A stretch of DNA of 64,000 bases from an uncultured delta proteobacterium (GCA_963761335.1 CAVXGR010000024.1:1-64000), one strand, 5' to 3'; shown: positions 51,494 through 61,316, counted from the first letter of the stretch. Numbers and translations are program-made. The notes: generated by a model not told the origin, from the sequence alone.

Positions 51494-52180
51494 ATGGTAC
51501 GCAAGTCGTTGCTCGCAGGGGTTCTCGGGATTTTCTGTCTGGGCGCCGTGGTAGTTTCTGCCGAGGCGCACGGGCTCGGACGCCTCGAACGCCCGGGGCC
51601 GAGGGCAAAGAAGGACAGGCAGTGCGCCCGGGACTGCCAGCAGGAGGTACGCAGCTGCGTCTCCGGATACCTGACCGATGCGCGTCTCTGCCTGCAGGGC
51701 TGCTCGGATCTGTTCGATGCGGCGCACCGGGCATGCGCCGCGGACCCGTCGTCGGCGGACTGCGCCAGCGCCGCTGACGCCGCTCGCGCTTGTGCGATGC
51801 CCTGCCGCGAGGGAGTGCGCGATGACATCGGCAAATGTCGCGACGATGGGCGGCAGTGCCTCGCGGACTGCCCCGACCAGCAGCCGCCGACGCCGAACGA
51901 TCGCAGCTGTCTCTTCGACTGCCGGGTCTCCTTGCGCGGCTGCCTGGCCGATGCGCAGAAGATGGCCGCGGACTGCGCCGCCGCCTGCCAGCCCCTGGTC
52001 GACGCGGCCGGCCGCGCATGCACCGCCGATAGGCGCTCGGAAGCCTGTCAGAGCGCCCGCCAGGATGCCAGCGACTGTTTGCGGCCGTGCCGCCGCCAGT
52101 CGGCCATGGCGTCTCAGGACTGTGTCAGCCAGTCGCGCTCGTGCGTTGCGGACTGCGCCAGCGCGCCGGCGGCAAACTAG
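51494..52180 (+). CDS. Secreted cysteine-rich protein with two 12-Cys repeats
   Basis: Signal peptide ending AEA; 24 regularly spaced Cys in the mature part. Confidence 0.8.
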   Translation: MVRKSLLAGVLGIFCLGAVVVSAEAHGLGRLERPGPRAKKDRQCARDCQQEVRSCVSGYLTDARLCLQGCSDLFDAAHRACAADPSSADCASAADAARACAMPCREGVRDDIGKCRDDGRQCLADCPDQQPPTPNDRSCLFDCRVSLRGCLADAQKMAADCAAACQPLVDAAGRACTADRRSEACQSARQDASDCLRPCRRQSAMASQDCVSQSRSCVADCASAPAAN

Positions 52181-52360
52181 GGCGAATCTCTTCGGGGGCA
52201 CCCGGTAGCCGGTTCTCCATTCCCGGTTGCCGGGTTCTCCATCTCGCATTCTCTTCCCCCGGTCACACCGGCGGCCAAGCGGGCCGCGCTCCCCGAGCGG
52301 CGCGTCGCTGAAAGCGCCGCCTGTGCTTCGCGCCGCCGTGCGGTTGTGGTATCGGGCAGC

Positions 52361-52702
52361 ATGGCTGAAAAGACGGCGCGCCCGCGGCCGCGGGAGATCC
52401 GCCACCTCCGCGATGAAGGGTTGGTGCGCATCACCTGGAGCGACGAGCACGTCTCCGCGTACCCTCTGACGTACCTGCGCGGCTGGTGTCCCTGCGCCGC
52501 CTGCCAAGGGCACGGAGGGGAGCGGCGGTTTCTCGATCTGCCCGAGGCGCAGCTGGAACGCATCGAGCCGGTGGGCAGCTACGCGGTCATTCTCGCTTGG
52601 GTGGGCGGCCACGACACCGGAATCTATTCCTACGATTACCTATGGCAAATCTGTCCCTGTTCGGTCTGCGCCGAGGGGCGGCGACAGGGGACGGAACCCT
52701 GA
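52361..52702 (+). CDS. DUF971 (gamma-butyrobetaine hydroxylase N-terminal-like) protein
   Basis: LRGWCPCAAC, PVGSYAV, HDTGIYS motifs. Confidence 0.88.
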   Translation: MAEKTARPRPREIRHLRDEGLVRITWSDEHVSAYPLTYLRGWCPCAACQGHGGERRFLDLPEAQLERIEPVGSYAVILAWVGGHDTGIYSYDYLWQICPCSVCAEGRRQGTEP

Positions 52703-52726
52703 GGGTGCGGGGACCGCGACGCGAAG

Positions 52727-52942
52727 CGGCGCAGGCATGTAGCCCCGGGTCGGAGACCCGGGGATCCCGGGTCCGCCTTCCCCGGTGCGCCCCGCCAGGG
52801 GCGCAGGCGTGCAACCCCGGGTGAGGGGCCTGTGTCAAAGCCGCGCCCGCGCCCCTGGCGGGGCGCCAACGGACGTCGACTTCGGGAGCCCCGGGTCTCG
52901 ACCCGGGGCTACACGCCTGCGCCCCTCCGGGGCGAATGATCT
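52727..52942. repeat. Rearranged copy of the modules of the 10688-10995 repeat
   Basis: GCATGTAGCCCCGGGTC..ACCCGGGG and GGGCTACACGCCTGCGCCCCTCCGGGGCGAATGAT are shared. Confidence 0.8.
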
Positions 52943-53115
52943 CCGAGCTCCCGGCCACAGATGCAACCTGGGGAAGTCGGGTTCAACTCAACGAAGCGGG
53001 GGTTGTGGTTGATCGAAGTTGACCGCGTTTCATTTCAAAGTTCCCCACTACCAGGCGCCGCAGCGACTTGCGGCGATCGGCCCAGCTGCTATGTAGCCCG
53101 CTGGGAGGAGTGTGA

Positions 53116-53688
53116 ATGACGAACTACATTTGGCTGTCGACGTTGCTGCTCACCGTGGGCATGGTCGTGCCCGCCTCTGCCGCCGGCAACCCGATGGTGC
53201 TGATGAAGACCTCGATGGGGGACATCAAGATCGAGCTGTTCAAGGACAAGGCGCCGGTGACGGTCGAAAACTTCCTCGGCTACCTCAAGAGCGGCTTCTA
53301 CGACGGCACCATCTTTCACCGCGTGATTCCCAACTTCATGATTCAGGGCGGCGGCTTCGAAAAGAACATGAAGCAGAAGGAGACCAAGCCGCCGATCAAG
53401 AACGAGGCCGGCAACGGCTTGAAGAACGATACCGGCACCCTGGCCATGGCCCGCACCTCCGTGGTCGACAGCGCCACCGCCCAGTTCTTCATCAACGTGA
53501 AGGACAATGCGTTCCTCAACCACCGCGACGAGTCTCCGGCCGGATTCGGCTACTGCGTTTTCGGCAAGGTGGTGGACGGCATGGACGTGGTGCACAAGAT
53601 CGAGCACGTGCAGACCAGCTCGCAGGGAGGACACAAGGATGTTCCCGCGACACCGGTGATCATCGAGTCGGTCAAAGTGGTCCAATAG
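53116..53688 (+). CDS. ppiA: Cyclophilin-type peptidyl-prolyl isomerase, exported
   Basis: [32 protein letters not shown] motifs; signal peptide. Confidence 0.9.
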   Translation: MTNYIWLSTLLLTVGMVVPASAAGNPMVLMKTSMGDIKIELFKDKAPVTVENFLGYLKSGFYDGTIFHRVIPNFMIQGGGFEKNMKQKETKPPIKNEAGNGLKNDTGTLAMARTSVVDSATAQFFINVKDNAFLNHRDESPAGFGYCVFGKVVDGMDVVHKIEHVQTSSQGGHKDVPATPVIIESVKVVQ

Positions 53689-53757
53689 GCGGCCGCTCGT
53701 GCCGCGGCGCCAGCCAGCGAAGCGTCCTCCCCGGCGCCGGCTGCTGCTCGGGTGAGA

Positions 53758-55926
53758 ATGCCCGCTCGAGTCGCACGTAAGAGTCAGAAGGCCCCACGAG
53801 GGGCTGAGGCAAAGGACCACCGCCGGCACCAGCATCCGGCTGCCCTGAGGCGCTTCAGCGAGCTGTTCGAGAGCGCCAGCGACATCATCGTCATCAACGA
53901 CGCCGACGGTTGGATCGTCGCCGCCAACCGTGCGGCGCGCGACTTTGGGGGCTACTCCGCCGCCGAGTTCGCGCACGGCGTGCACCTGCGCGACGTCCTC
54001 GCTGCCGACGAGTACGAGGCGGCGATGATCGTCACTCGCCAGGCGCTCGAGGGCCTGCCGATCCCTGAGGTCTACGAGCGCGAGGCGGTGCTGCGCGACG
54101 GCAGCCAACGGTCGCTCGAGCTGCGCAGCAACGTCCTTCGCCATCGGGGACGGCCCTTTGCCTTGCAGACGATCGGCCGCGACATCACCGAGAGGAAGGA
54201 TGCGGCCGCCTTCCAGGCGAGCCTCCTGCAGATCTCGCAGGCCCTGCTGACCACATCTCATCTCGACGCGATCGGATCGGTCATCTGCGAGGCGGCGCGG
54301 CGCACGCTGCGCGTGGACGGCGTGTATCTGTGGCTGCGGCAGGGGGCCGAGCTGGTCGGTTGTGCCGCTTCCGGCGAGTGGGAAGAGCAGTTCGTCGGTC
54401 TTCACCGTTCCATCGCGGCTTCGCCGATCGGCCAGATGTACCGCTCCGCGGAGGTGCTGGTGGTGCCCGATTTCCCTCACTCGCTCTACGCCGCCGAGCA
54501 GACGGATTGGGAATCGGCACAGGGGCAGGCGGTACAGGCCCTGCTCGCGGTACCCCTGCGCCGGGCCGAGCCCGCCGTCGGCGTCCTGATCGTCATCGAC
54601 CGCGCCAATCCGCACCGGTTCAATCGCGTCCTCTGCGACCGCGCCGTCATCTTCGGGGCGCAGGCCACGGTGGCAATCGAGGCGGCATTGGCCCGCGAGC
54701 GCGAGGAAGAGGAGGGGCAGGTTTCGGCGGCGCTTCTGCGCGTCGCCCGCGCCATCCGCGAATCCCTGGAGGAGGGCGAGGTTCTGCCGCGCATTGCCCG
54801 CGGTGCCCGCCAGCTGCTCGACTGCGACTGGGCCGTGGTGGCCCTCTGGGACGCCCGGCGGCAGTCGTTCCGCATCGCCGCGACCGACGCCCTCGCTGCG
54901 GCGGTGGAAGAGGATCTGCGGGTGCTCGAGTTCGGCCCGGGTCTGCGGGCGGTCGACACGCTGCGGGCGCGGGAGACGGTGGAGATCTCGGGCACGCGCG
55001 AGGGCGGCTTCTTTCGGCGCTGGGGCTTCACCTCCATGCTGGCGGTGCCCATGGTGCGCAGCGGCTCGGTGGTCGGCGTCCTGGCGAGCGGCTACACCCG
55101 CCCGCACGGCGGCTTCACGGCCCGCGAGCGGCGCATCGCCGAGGGCGTCGCCGCGCAGGCGGCGGTCGCCGTCGTCAACGCGCGCCTGCTGGAAGATCTG
55201 CGGCGTGCGAACGATCTCAAGTCGGAGTTTCTCAGCACCATGTCGCACGAGCTGCGCACGCCGATCAGCGCGATTCTCGGCTATGCCGAGCTCATGCACG
55301 ACGGCGCCATGGGACCGGTCAGCGGCGAGCAGGTGCAGGTGCTCGAACGGATGCTGCTGAATGGCCGCGCTCTTCTCGAGCTCGTCAATATGACCCTGGA
55401 CGTCAATCGCCTCGAGGCCGGCCGGATCGTTCCGTCACCGATCGCATTCGATCTGGGCGATCTGCTCGTCGAGCTGCGCACCGAGTTCGCAGTGCGCGCC
55501 GCGCAGCGCCCGGCGGTGGCACTGCGGTGGCCGAACGAGTCGCTGTCTCTGCCGCTGTTCACCGACCACGGCAAGCTCAAGTCGGTGCTGCGCAATCTCG
55601 TCGACAACGCCCTGAAGTTCACCGCCGCCGGCGAAGTGCAGGTGGTGGTGCGCCACAATACCGACCACGGACGGGTTTACGTCGCGGTGCGCGACAGCGG
55701 ACCGGGCATTCCCGAATCGGCCCGCACCACGATCTTCGACATGTTCCGGCAGATCGATGGCACGCGAGCCAGCTCCCGCGCCGGCGTTGGCCTCGGGCTC
55801 TACCTGGTGCGCCGCTACGCGGAGTTGCTCGGCGGCCACGTCTCCGTCGACAGCGCCATGGGCCGGGGCTCCATCTTCACCGTGGAGATCCCGGAGCACA
55901 TCCACGCGGGGGGCGAGGCGGATTGA
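53758..55926 (+). CDS. PAS-GAF-GAF sensor histidine kinase
   Basis: DITERK, two GAF domains, SHELRTP, NALKFT, GLGL motifs. Confidence 0.9.
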   Translation: MPARVARKSQKAPRGAEAKDHRRHQHPAALRRFSELFESASDIIVINDADGWIVAANRAARDFGGYSAAEFAHGVHLRDVLAADEYEAAMIVTRQALEGLPIPEVYEREAVLRDGSQRSLELRSNVLRHRGRPFALQTIGRDITERKDAAAFQASLLQISQALLTTSHLDAIGSVICEAARRTLRVDGVYLWLRQGAELVGCAASGEWEEQFVGLHRSIAASPIGQMYRSAEVLVVPDFPHSLYAAEQTDWESAQGQAVQALLAVPLRRAEPAVGVLIVIDRANPHRFNRVLCDRAVIFGAQATVAIEAALAREREEEEGQVSAALLRVARAIRESLEEGEVLPRIARGARQLLDCDWAVVALWDARRQSFRIAATDALAAAVEEDLRVLEFGPGLRAVDTLRARETVEISGTREGGFFRRWGFTSMLAVPMVRSGSVVGVLASGYTRPHGGFTARERRIAEGVAAQAAVAVVNARLLEDLRRANDLKSEFLSTMSHELRTPISAILGYAELMHDGAMGPVSGEQVQVLERMLLNGRALLELVNMTLDVNRLEAGRIVPSPIAFDLGDLLVELRTEFAVRAAQRPAVALRWPNESLSLPLFTDHGKLKSVLRNLVDNALKFTAAGEVQVVVRHNTDHGRVYVAVRDSGPGIPESARTTIFDMFRQIDGTRASSRAGVGLGLYLVRRYAELLGGHVSVDSAMGRGSIFTVEIPEHIHAGGEAD

Positions 55927-56582
55927 TGCCGGAGGCGGCGGTCATCTTCGATCTGGACGGTGTCCTCATCGATTCGGAGGAGCTGCAGTTTCGCGCCTAC
56001 GCCGAGGTGCTGGCCGCTCTCGGGGTACGGATCGAGAAGGGCGAGTATGCCCGCGAGTGGATCGCCCAGGGCGGTGGACCCGAGTACGCGGTGCGTACCT
56101 ATGGCCTGGACGTCGACCCCCAGGATCTGCGCCAGCGCAAGCAGCCGATTTACCACCGGCTGCTCGAGAGCGAGGCGCGCCTGATGCCTGGGGTCGAGGC
56201 GGCGCTGGAGCGCCTCGGCGCCACCTTTCCCCTCGGCCTGGCGACCAATTCCAGTCGTGCCGATCTCGAGGTGGTGCTGGCGCGTTTCGACATCGCTCGA
56301 TTCTTCCAGGCGCGCATCACCCGCGAGTGCTACCAGCGCGCCAAGCCGGCACCGGATGCCTTCCGGGCGGCGGCGGCGGAGCTGCTCGTCGAGGCCGGCC
56401 GCTGCCTGGTGGTCGAGGACACCTACCGTGGCCTGCTCGCCGCCCATCGGGCCGGTTGCCGCTGTGTGGTGATTCCCCACGAGCTCACCCGCGACAATGA
56501 CTTCGGTCTCGCCGCCGCCGTTCTCGGCAACCTCGAGGAGTTGACCGAGGCGCTGGTTCACAGGTTGGTGGGGCCGCTCTGA
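55926..56582 (+). CDS. HAD-family phosphatase
   Basis: FDLDGVLIDSE, ATNS, KPAP and VVED motifs. Confidence 0.9.
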   Translation: MPEAAVIFDLDGVLIDSEELQFRAYAEVLAALGVRIEKGEYAREWIAQGGGPEYAVRTYGLDVDPQDLRQRKQPIYHRLLESEARLMPGVEAALERLGATFPLGLATNSSRADLEVVLARFDIARFFQARITRECYQRAKPAPDAFRAAAAELLVEAGRCLVVEDTYRGLLAAHRAGCRCVVIPHELTRDNDFGLAAAVLGNLEELTEALVHRLVGPL

Positions 56583-56587
56583 GTGCC

Positions 56588-57691
56588 TCAGCCGCCCGGC
56601 AGGGCGGCGCTGGTGTTCGGCCCGACCTCGGCGAGAGCCACCTCGCGACCCTCGCGAGCCGAGAGATGCGCGGCGATGGCGAAGCGCAGCGTCTCGGCGG
56701 CGTCGAGCGCGGCGAGAGGTGGTTGGCGCTCGCTGAGCAGCCCGTCGACGAAGTCGCGGCCGCCCAAGCGGAAGCTCTCGGCCCAGTCCGTGGGGATGTC
56801 GTGCCAGGCGCGCGTCTCGCCGTCGCGATAGAGCACCAGCGACGGCTCTTCCAGGAGAGAGCCCGTGCAGCGGTTGATCCAGATGATGCCCTCGCTGCCG
56901 TGGATCTCGATGCGGTCGTCGCTCGCATAGTATTTCGAGCGGACCCGCATGCCGATGGAAGCGATCACCTCCCAGCTGCCGAACTTCGGAACCCCCGCGT
57001 ACTTCCAGGAGATCAGCGCCGGGCCATCGTAGAGGCCGCCGTCGGCGAAGCGCCAGACGTGGATCCAGGCGTGCACCCGCTCGACCGGCTCGGAAATGAA
57101 GAAGCGCCCCATGTTGAAGCAGTGGTAGCCGTGATCGAAGCAGGTGGGACCTCCGCCGCAGAGCTGCGGATCCATACGCCAGGCCTGCGCGGTGCGCGGC
57201 ACGTCCCAGCCGTCCTCGAACCGTCCGGCCGCGGTCTTGATGCGCACGGAGAGCGGCTCGCCAATGGCGCCCTCGGTCACCAGCTGGCGGGCTCGCACAT
57301 GCGGCGGATAGTACATGAAGTTCTCGAAGATGCGGAAGGTGCGTCCGGCGGCGACGGCGGCGAGGCGCATCCTGTCGAGCTCCGCGAGGGTGGGCGCCGG
57401 TGGCTTCTGCAGCGACACGTGCTTGCCCGCCTCGAGCGCGGCGATGGTTACCGAAGCGTGCAGGTGGTGGGGTAGGCAGATGTCCACTGCGTCGACCTCT
57501 GCGTCGCGCAGCATATCCTCCACGTCGGCATAGACGCGCGCCACGCCCCAGCTGGCGGCTCGCTGGCGGGCCAGGTCGCGGTTCTGATCGCAGACGGCCA
57601 GCAGCTCGGCGCCTGGGTGGTCGAGGTAGCCGAGAACCTGAAGGTCGGTGATGCGGCCGCAGCCGATCAAGCCAATGCGCACGCGATCCAT
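56588..57691 (-). CDS. Gfo/Idh/MocA family oxidoreductase
   Basis: GLIGCG, PHHLH and AGKHVSLQKP motifs. Confidence 0.9.
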   Translation of the reverse strand: MDRVRIGLIGCGRITDLQVLGYLDHPGAELLAVCDQNRDLARQRAASWGVARVYADVEDMLRDAEVDAVDICLPHHLHASVTIAALEAGKHVSLQKPPAPTLAELDRMRLAAVAAGRTFRIFENFMYYPPHVRARQLVTEGAIGEPLSVRIKTAAGRFEDGWDVPRTAQAWRMDPQLCGGGPTCFDHGYHCFNMGRFFISEPVERVHAWIHVWRFADGGLYDGPALISWKYAGVPKFGSWEVIASIGMRVRSKYYASDDRIEIHGSEGIIWINRCTGSLLEEPSLVLYRDGETRAWHDIPTDWAESFRLGGRDFVDGLLSERQPPLAALDAAETLRFAIAAHLSAREGREVALAEVGPNTSAALPGG

Positions 57692-57759
57692 TCCTCCACC
57701 ATCACAGTGGAGCGAGCGGCGTCAAGGGGTGGCGGTCTTCATCTCGTGGCCGTCTTCAG

Positions 57760-58536
57760 TCAGCCGCTCAGCCGAACCACCACGGGGAGCACGACGAGAA
57801 GCTGGATGGCGTCGAAGACTCCGTGCGCGGCCATGCACGCCATCAGGTTGTGGGTGCGCTCGAAAACGACGCCGATGACGACGGAGATGGTGAACACCGC
57901 CACCACCATGAACGGCAACCCGTAGCTGAGGTGGGCCAGCGCGAACAGAGCGCTCGATATCCACAGCCCGAATCGGCTCTGCAGAAAGGCGCGGAAGAAA
58001 GCCTCCTCGACGGTCATGGCGACGGCGATCACGATCAGCTTGTGCCATAGGGGTTGATGCGCGAGCCACACCATCACCTCGGGTATCTCGCTCGGCGCCG
58101 CCGAGCGCGCCGAGACCAGGCTGGCGGAGGCGGCGATGATGCTGGCGGTCAGTATGGTGAACACCCAGCCGAAGACCCCGGCCAGAGCTCCAGTGCGCAG
58201 TCCGGCGAGAAGCCGATTCGCGGGCAGGAAGAGAAAGTCACGCGGAGCCGGGCGGCCGCGGAGCTGCCACCACGCCCAGAGAAACACGGCGATGCAGGCA
58301 TGCCCCGCGAAGAGCGCCGGGAACCAGAGCGACGCGGGGTCGAGCTGACCCGCTTCGCTGGCCGTCGCCACCGGATAGAAAACGGTCAGCAGCAACACGG
58401 CGAGGAGCAGGACCAGCGCCGCCACCCTGCGCCCGGTGGAGCGGAGCTCGCGGGCCAAGAAGCGCAGCCGGCCGGCTGCCCCGACGGCGATCAGGAAGAC
58501 GATTGCCAGGAGAAAGGCGAGGCGGAGCTCGGCCAT
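57760..58536 (-). CDS. CPBP (CAAX-like) intramembrane metalloprotease
   Basis: EEAFFR, FALAH and AHGVFD motifs. Confidence 0.9.
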   Translation of the reverse strand: MAELRLAFLLAIVFLIAVGAAGRLRFLARELRSTGRRVAALVLLLAVLLLTVFYPVATASEAGQLDPASLWFPALFAGHACIAVFLWAWWQLRGRPAPRDFLFLPANRLLAGLRTGALAGVFGWVFTILTASIIAASASLVSARSAAPSEIPEVMVWLAHQPLWHKLIVIAVAMTVEEAFFRAFLQSRFGLWISSALFALAHLSYGLPFMVVAVFTISVVIGVVFERTHNLMACMAAHGVFDAIQLLVVLPVVVRLSG

Positions 58537-58651
58537 TGGCGGCCAGCAAACCCGGAAGGCGGGACCCGGTCAAGGCTGCGTCGGGGCGGGGTGGTGTCCT
58601 AAATTGCCGATCCGGCCTTCCTGTTGTGCTTCCCCGGCTCGGGGAAAGGTC

Positions 58652-58718
58652 TCCTCTCCCCGCATTCTTTTCTTTCCGCGGGGAGAGGATCAAGGTGAGG
58701 CCCTCACCCTGACCCTCT
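58652..58718. repeat. REP-like pair (CCCTCACCCTGACCCTCTC type); one copy interrupted by IS110
   Basis: GGGGAGAGGATCAAGGTGAGG back-to-back with CCCTCACCCTGACCCTCT; the interrupted hairpin is completed by CGCGTTTCTGAGAAGG at 60131. Confidence 0.65.
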
Positions 58719-58739
58719 TCTATGACGGCTCTTGTCAAG

Positions 58740-58975
58740 TGGTCATGTACGCCCTCGCTCTGTTCTGGGCTCCGATCCGTCGGTGGCGAGTCTTCTATTC
58801 GTGCGCGTCCTCGTGTGGGGACGGTCACCAAGTTATCATTCGTCCCGTTGGATATTGCCGAGCGCTGCAAAACTCCCGAACGTTGGCACCTTGCGGCGCA
58901 ACCAGAGGGCCAGACGCAGTCGCTCGAGGGGACAGCCTGCCGGATGCGGAGCGGGTTGGTGGTCGATGAACAAGA
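58740..58975 (-). ncRNA. Candidate bridge RNA in the IS110 downstream non-coding end
   Basis: Segments match the donor junction (ATAGAAGA, GGCGT) and the target flank (TGGCCCTCT); boundaries approximate. Confidence 0.6.
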
Positions 58976-58977
58976 GT

Positions 58978-60069
58978 CTAGGCCGCTTGCGCCTGGCTCC
59001 GCTCGTAGGCGAGCCAGCGAGCTCGCAGCCGCAGTGCCAGCTTGCGCGCCACCGCCACGATGGCCTTCTTCTTGCCGACCCGCGGCCACAGTCTCTGGTA
59101 GAACTCCCGCAGCTCGGCATCGCCACGGGTACCGCGAGCAACCCAGGCGCACTGGATGATCCACGAGCGAATGAAGGCGGGACCGCACTTGCGAATCCGA
59201 CCCCGTCGCACGGTGTCGCCGGTGCTGTGCTCCTGGGGCGCGAGGCCGTAGAAGTTGACGATGGAGTCGGCGGTGGCAAAGCGATGGATGTCGCCCACCT
59301 CGAGCACGAAGCGAATCGCGGTGAATTTGCCCACACCGGACTGCGCGGTGAGCGCCTGAACCAGTGGCTTGTACTGCGGCAGGGCAGCGACCCCAAGCAG
59401 CTCTGTCTTGAGCATCTTGGTGCTCATCGCGGCGCTCTGGCGCAGGATGAGCAGCTGCGCCACACAGGCCTTGAGGGCGGCGGCGAACTCCTGGGCCGCC
59501 AGCCACTGCCCGAGCGTCGACCAGCCGGCGCTCGGCGCAGGCGGCATGTATCCGTGCTCTTGGAGCAGCATGCGCACTCTGGCTTGCTGTCTCTTGCGAT
59601 CGCGCAGAGCGGCATCGTAAGTGCGCGACAGCTGGCGCAGCTGGTGACAGTTCCGGACCGGAATGTGGATGCCTTTGAGCATTCCTCTCTCGTAGCGCAG
59701 TGCCAGGCCGCTGGCGTCGTGTCCATCGGTCTTCACGTGGCTGCCGGGTGCCTTCTCCACGGTGCTCGGCGGCACCACCAGCACATCGAGTCCCTGCGCC
59801 TGCGCCCACCAGGCGATCTCGTAGCCGAAGCCGCAGGCCTCGTAGACGATGTGCACGTGGCAGCCGTAGCCCCGGTACTCGCCTGCCAGAGCTTGGAGGT
59901 GGCAGAGCTCGCCGGGGGTGCTCAGCCGCCGCTGCTCCAGCCCACTCCAGCGACAGGTGTAGACCCATTTCGAGCGCGACAGATCGACACCGATGATCAC
60001 GCTCTCGCCGGCGGCGGGGCGCGTTGGGAGGTGTTGCTTGCCTACGGGCTTTAGAACTAATCTTCGCAT
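58978..60069 (-). CDS. IS110-family DEDD recombinase/transposase
   Basis: GVDLS, VYEAC, KTDGHDA catalytic residues; GVG HhH motif; GLAPQEHSTG serine motif; AIVAVARKL; AAGGAG RBS. Confidence 0.95.
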   Translation of the reverse strand: MRRLVLKPVGKQHLPTRPAAGESVIIGVDLSRSKWVYTCRWSGLEQRRLSTPGELCHLQALAGEYRGYGCHVHIVYEACGFGYEIAWWAQAQGLDVLVVPPSTVEKAPGSHVKTDGHDASGLALRYERGMLKGIHIPVRNCHQLRQLSRTYDAALRDRKRQQARVRMLLQEHGYMPPAPSAGWSTLGQWLAAQEFAAALKACVAQLLILRQSAAMSTKMLKTELLGVAALPQYKPLVQALTAQSGVGKFTAIRFVLEVGDIHRFATADSIVNFYGLAPQEHSTGDTVRRGRIRKCGPAFIRSWIIQCAWVARGTRGDAELREFYQRLWPRVGKKKAIVAVARKLALRLRARWLAYERSQAQAA

Positions 60070-60626
60070 GGGAGTCTCCTTCCGTTTTGCTGCCTGCGAT
60101 GCAGCGTTGCTGAACGCCACTGTGGCGTCTCGCGTTTCTGAGAAGGAGGCTCCCCTTTTCGGCGCGATAAGGCACGCGTTGCCTCTGCCCCCTCTGCTCC
60201 GGGTGGAGCGTTCCGCCTTGTCCGCAGGCGGAAAGGTCTCCCTTTCCGCCATAGGAGCCCCCACCAGCCGCAGCGGAGCGGGGGTCAAGGACGATTTTGT
60301 TCCGCGAGGAATCGGCGCCGACCGCAGGGAGGCGACGAGGGGAATATGGTCCTTGAGGCCCGCGGGAGCGGAGGCTACCAACCCCCCTCGCGTTCGAGCT
60401 CCCCGCGGCAATCACCATGCCGTACATGGTAACCCCCGCGAGAAGATGCGGGCGAGGGGACCCGCGCTCGCACCGTCGTGAAGACAGCCGCAGTCGTTGT
60501 CAATGGGGCATGTTTCCCCGATTTAGGACAGTGCTCGGGGCGGGTGGTGTTCGCCGGTGCTCCGGGCGAGGTGAAAAACGACCGGCTCTTGTTCCTCCCT
60601 CTCTCCGCGGACTCTATACTCGACGT

Positions 60627-61214
60627 ATGCGTCTATTCCGATGGGCAGTGTTGTTGGTGATTCCGGGACTGTGGTGCGCGGCCTGTAGCGGTACACGGCG
60701 GTCGACCAATACCGAGCGGACGGCAGTGCAGCAGGTGCTGACCAGCGAGGCGGTGGAGCGCGCCTTCGACAAGCTCGAGTGGCCGGACTTCACGGGCAGG
60801 TCCGTCTACGTGGAGATCGGCTCAATGGCTGCCGATGAGACGGTCCGCTATCTCCGGGCCGCTGCCCGGGCAAGGATCGCCGAGCACGGCGGCATCCTCG
60901 CCAGCAAGGCCGACACCGCCGACTTCATTGCCATCGTCCTCGAGAGCGGGGTGGGGACGGAATACAATGAGACCTTCTTCGGCCTGCCGCCGATCCAGAG
61001 CGTGTTGCTGCCGATCTCACTTCCGGAGATTGCCGTCTACAAGCGCAGTCGAGAGCAGGGAGTGGCCAAGGCGGAGGTCGTTTTCAGCGACCGCCAGCGC
61101 GGCGGAGCCTTCTACCGCACCGGTCCCGCCCTGGGGCAGACGCACTACAACGAATGGTCCGTTCTGATCGTCGGTGGAAGCAGCACCGACACGGCGCTCG
61201 ATCAGGTCGAGTAG
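60627..61214 (+). CDS. Hypothetical lipoprotein
   Basis: Signal peptide with AACS lipobox; RTAVQQVL.S.A and LPEIAVYK patterns. Confidence 0.7.
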   Translation: MRLFRWAVLLVIPGLWCAACSGTRRSTNTERTAVQQVLTSEAVERAFDKLEWPDFTGRSVYVEIGSMAADETVRYLRAAARARIAEHGGILASKADTADFIAIVLESGVGTEYNETFFGLPPIQSVLLPISLPEIAVYKRSREQGVAKAEVVFSDRQRGGAFYRTGPALGQTHYNEWSVLIVGGSSTDTALDQVE

Positions 61215-61220
61215 GGCGGG

Positions 61221-61261
61221 AAAAAAAGAAGCCGGCCCGGGGAGGTCCCCGGACCGGCTTC
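61221..61261 (-). terminator. Intrinsic terminator for the PAK-repeat gene
   Basis: About 15-bp stem GAAGCCGGNCCGGGG/CCCCGGNCCGGCTTC followed by T7 on the minus strand. Confidence 0.85.
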
Positions 61262-61316
61262 GTCGAGATTGTCGTGGCGCTTGCGTCGCCTGCGGACGCT
61301 GGCCGCCGCTTCTGGG

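Larger units (their letters stand above)
58717..60130 (-). mobile_element. IS110-family insertion sequence (about 1.41 kb)
   Basis: Shared CT/AG core at 58717-58718 and 60129-60130; removing the element restores a REP hairpin; TTGACA lies near the right end. Confidence 0.75.

Noticed and set aside
52199..52256. Degenerate 7-mer repeats (also near 6010-6055)
   Set aside because: Too degenerate to define a unit or boundaries.
60182..60186. Alternative IS110 left end at CCTCT (5-bp match with the right junction)
   Set aside because: It neither restores the REP hairpin nor matches the putative donor guides; the end at 60130 does both.
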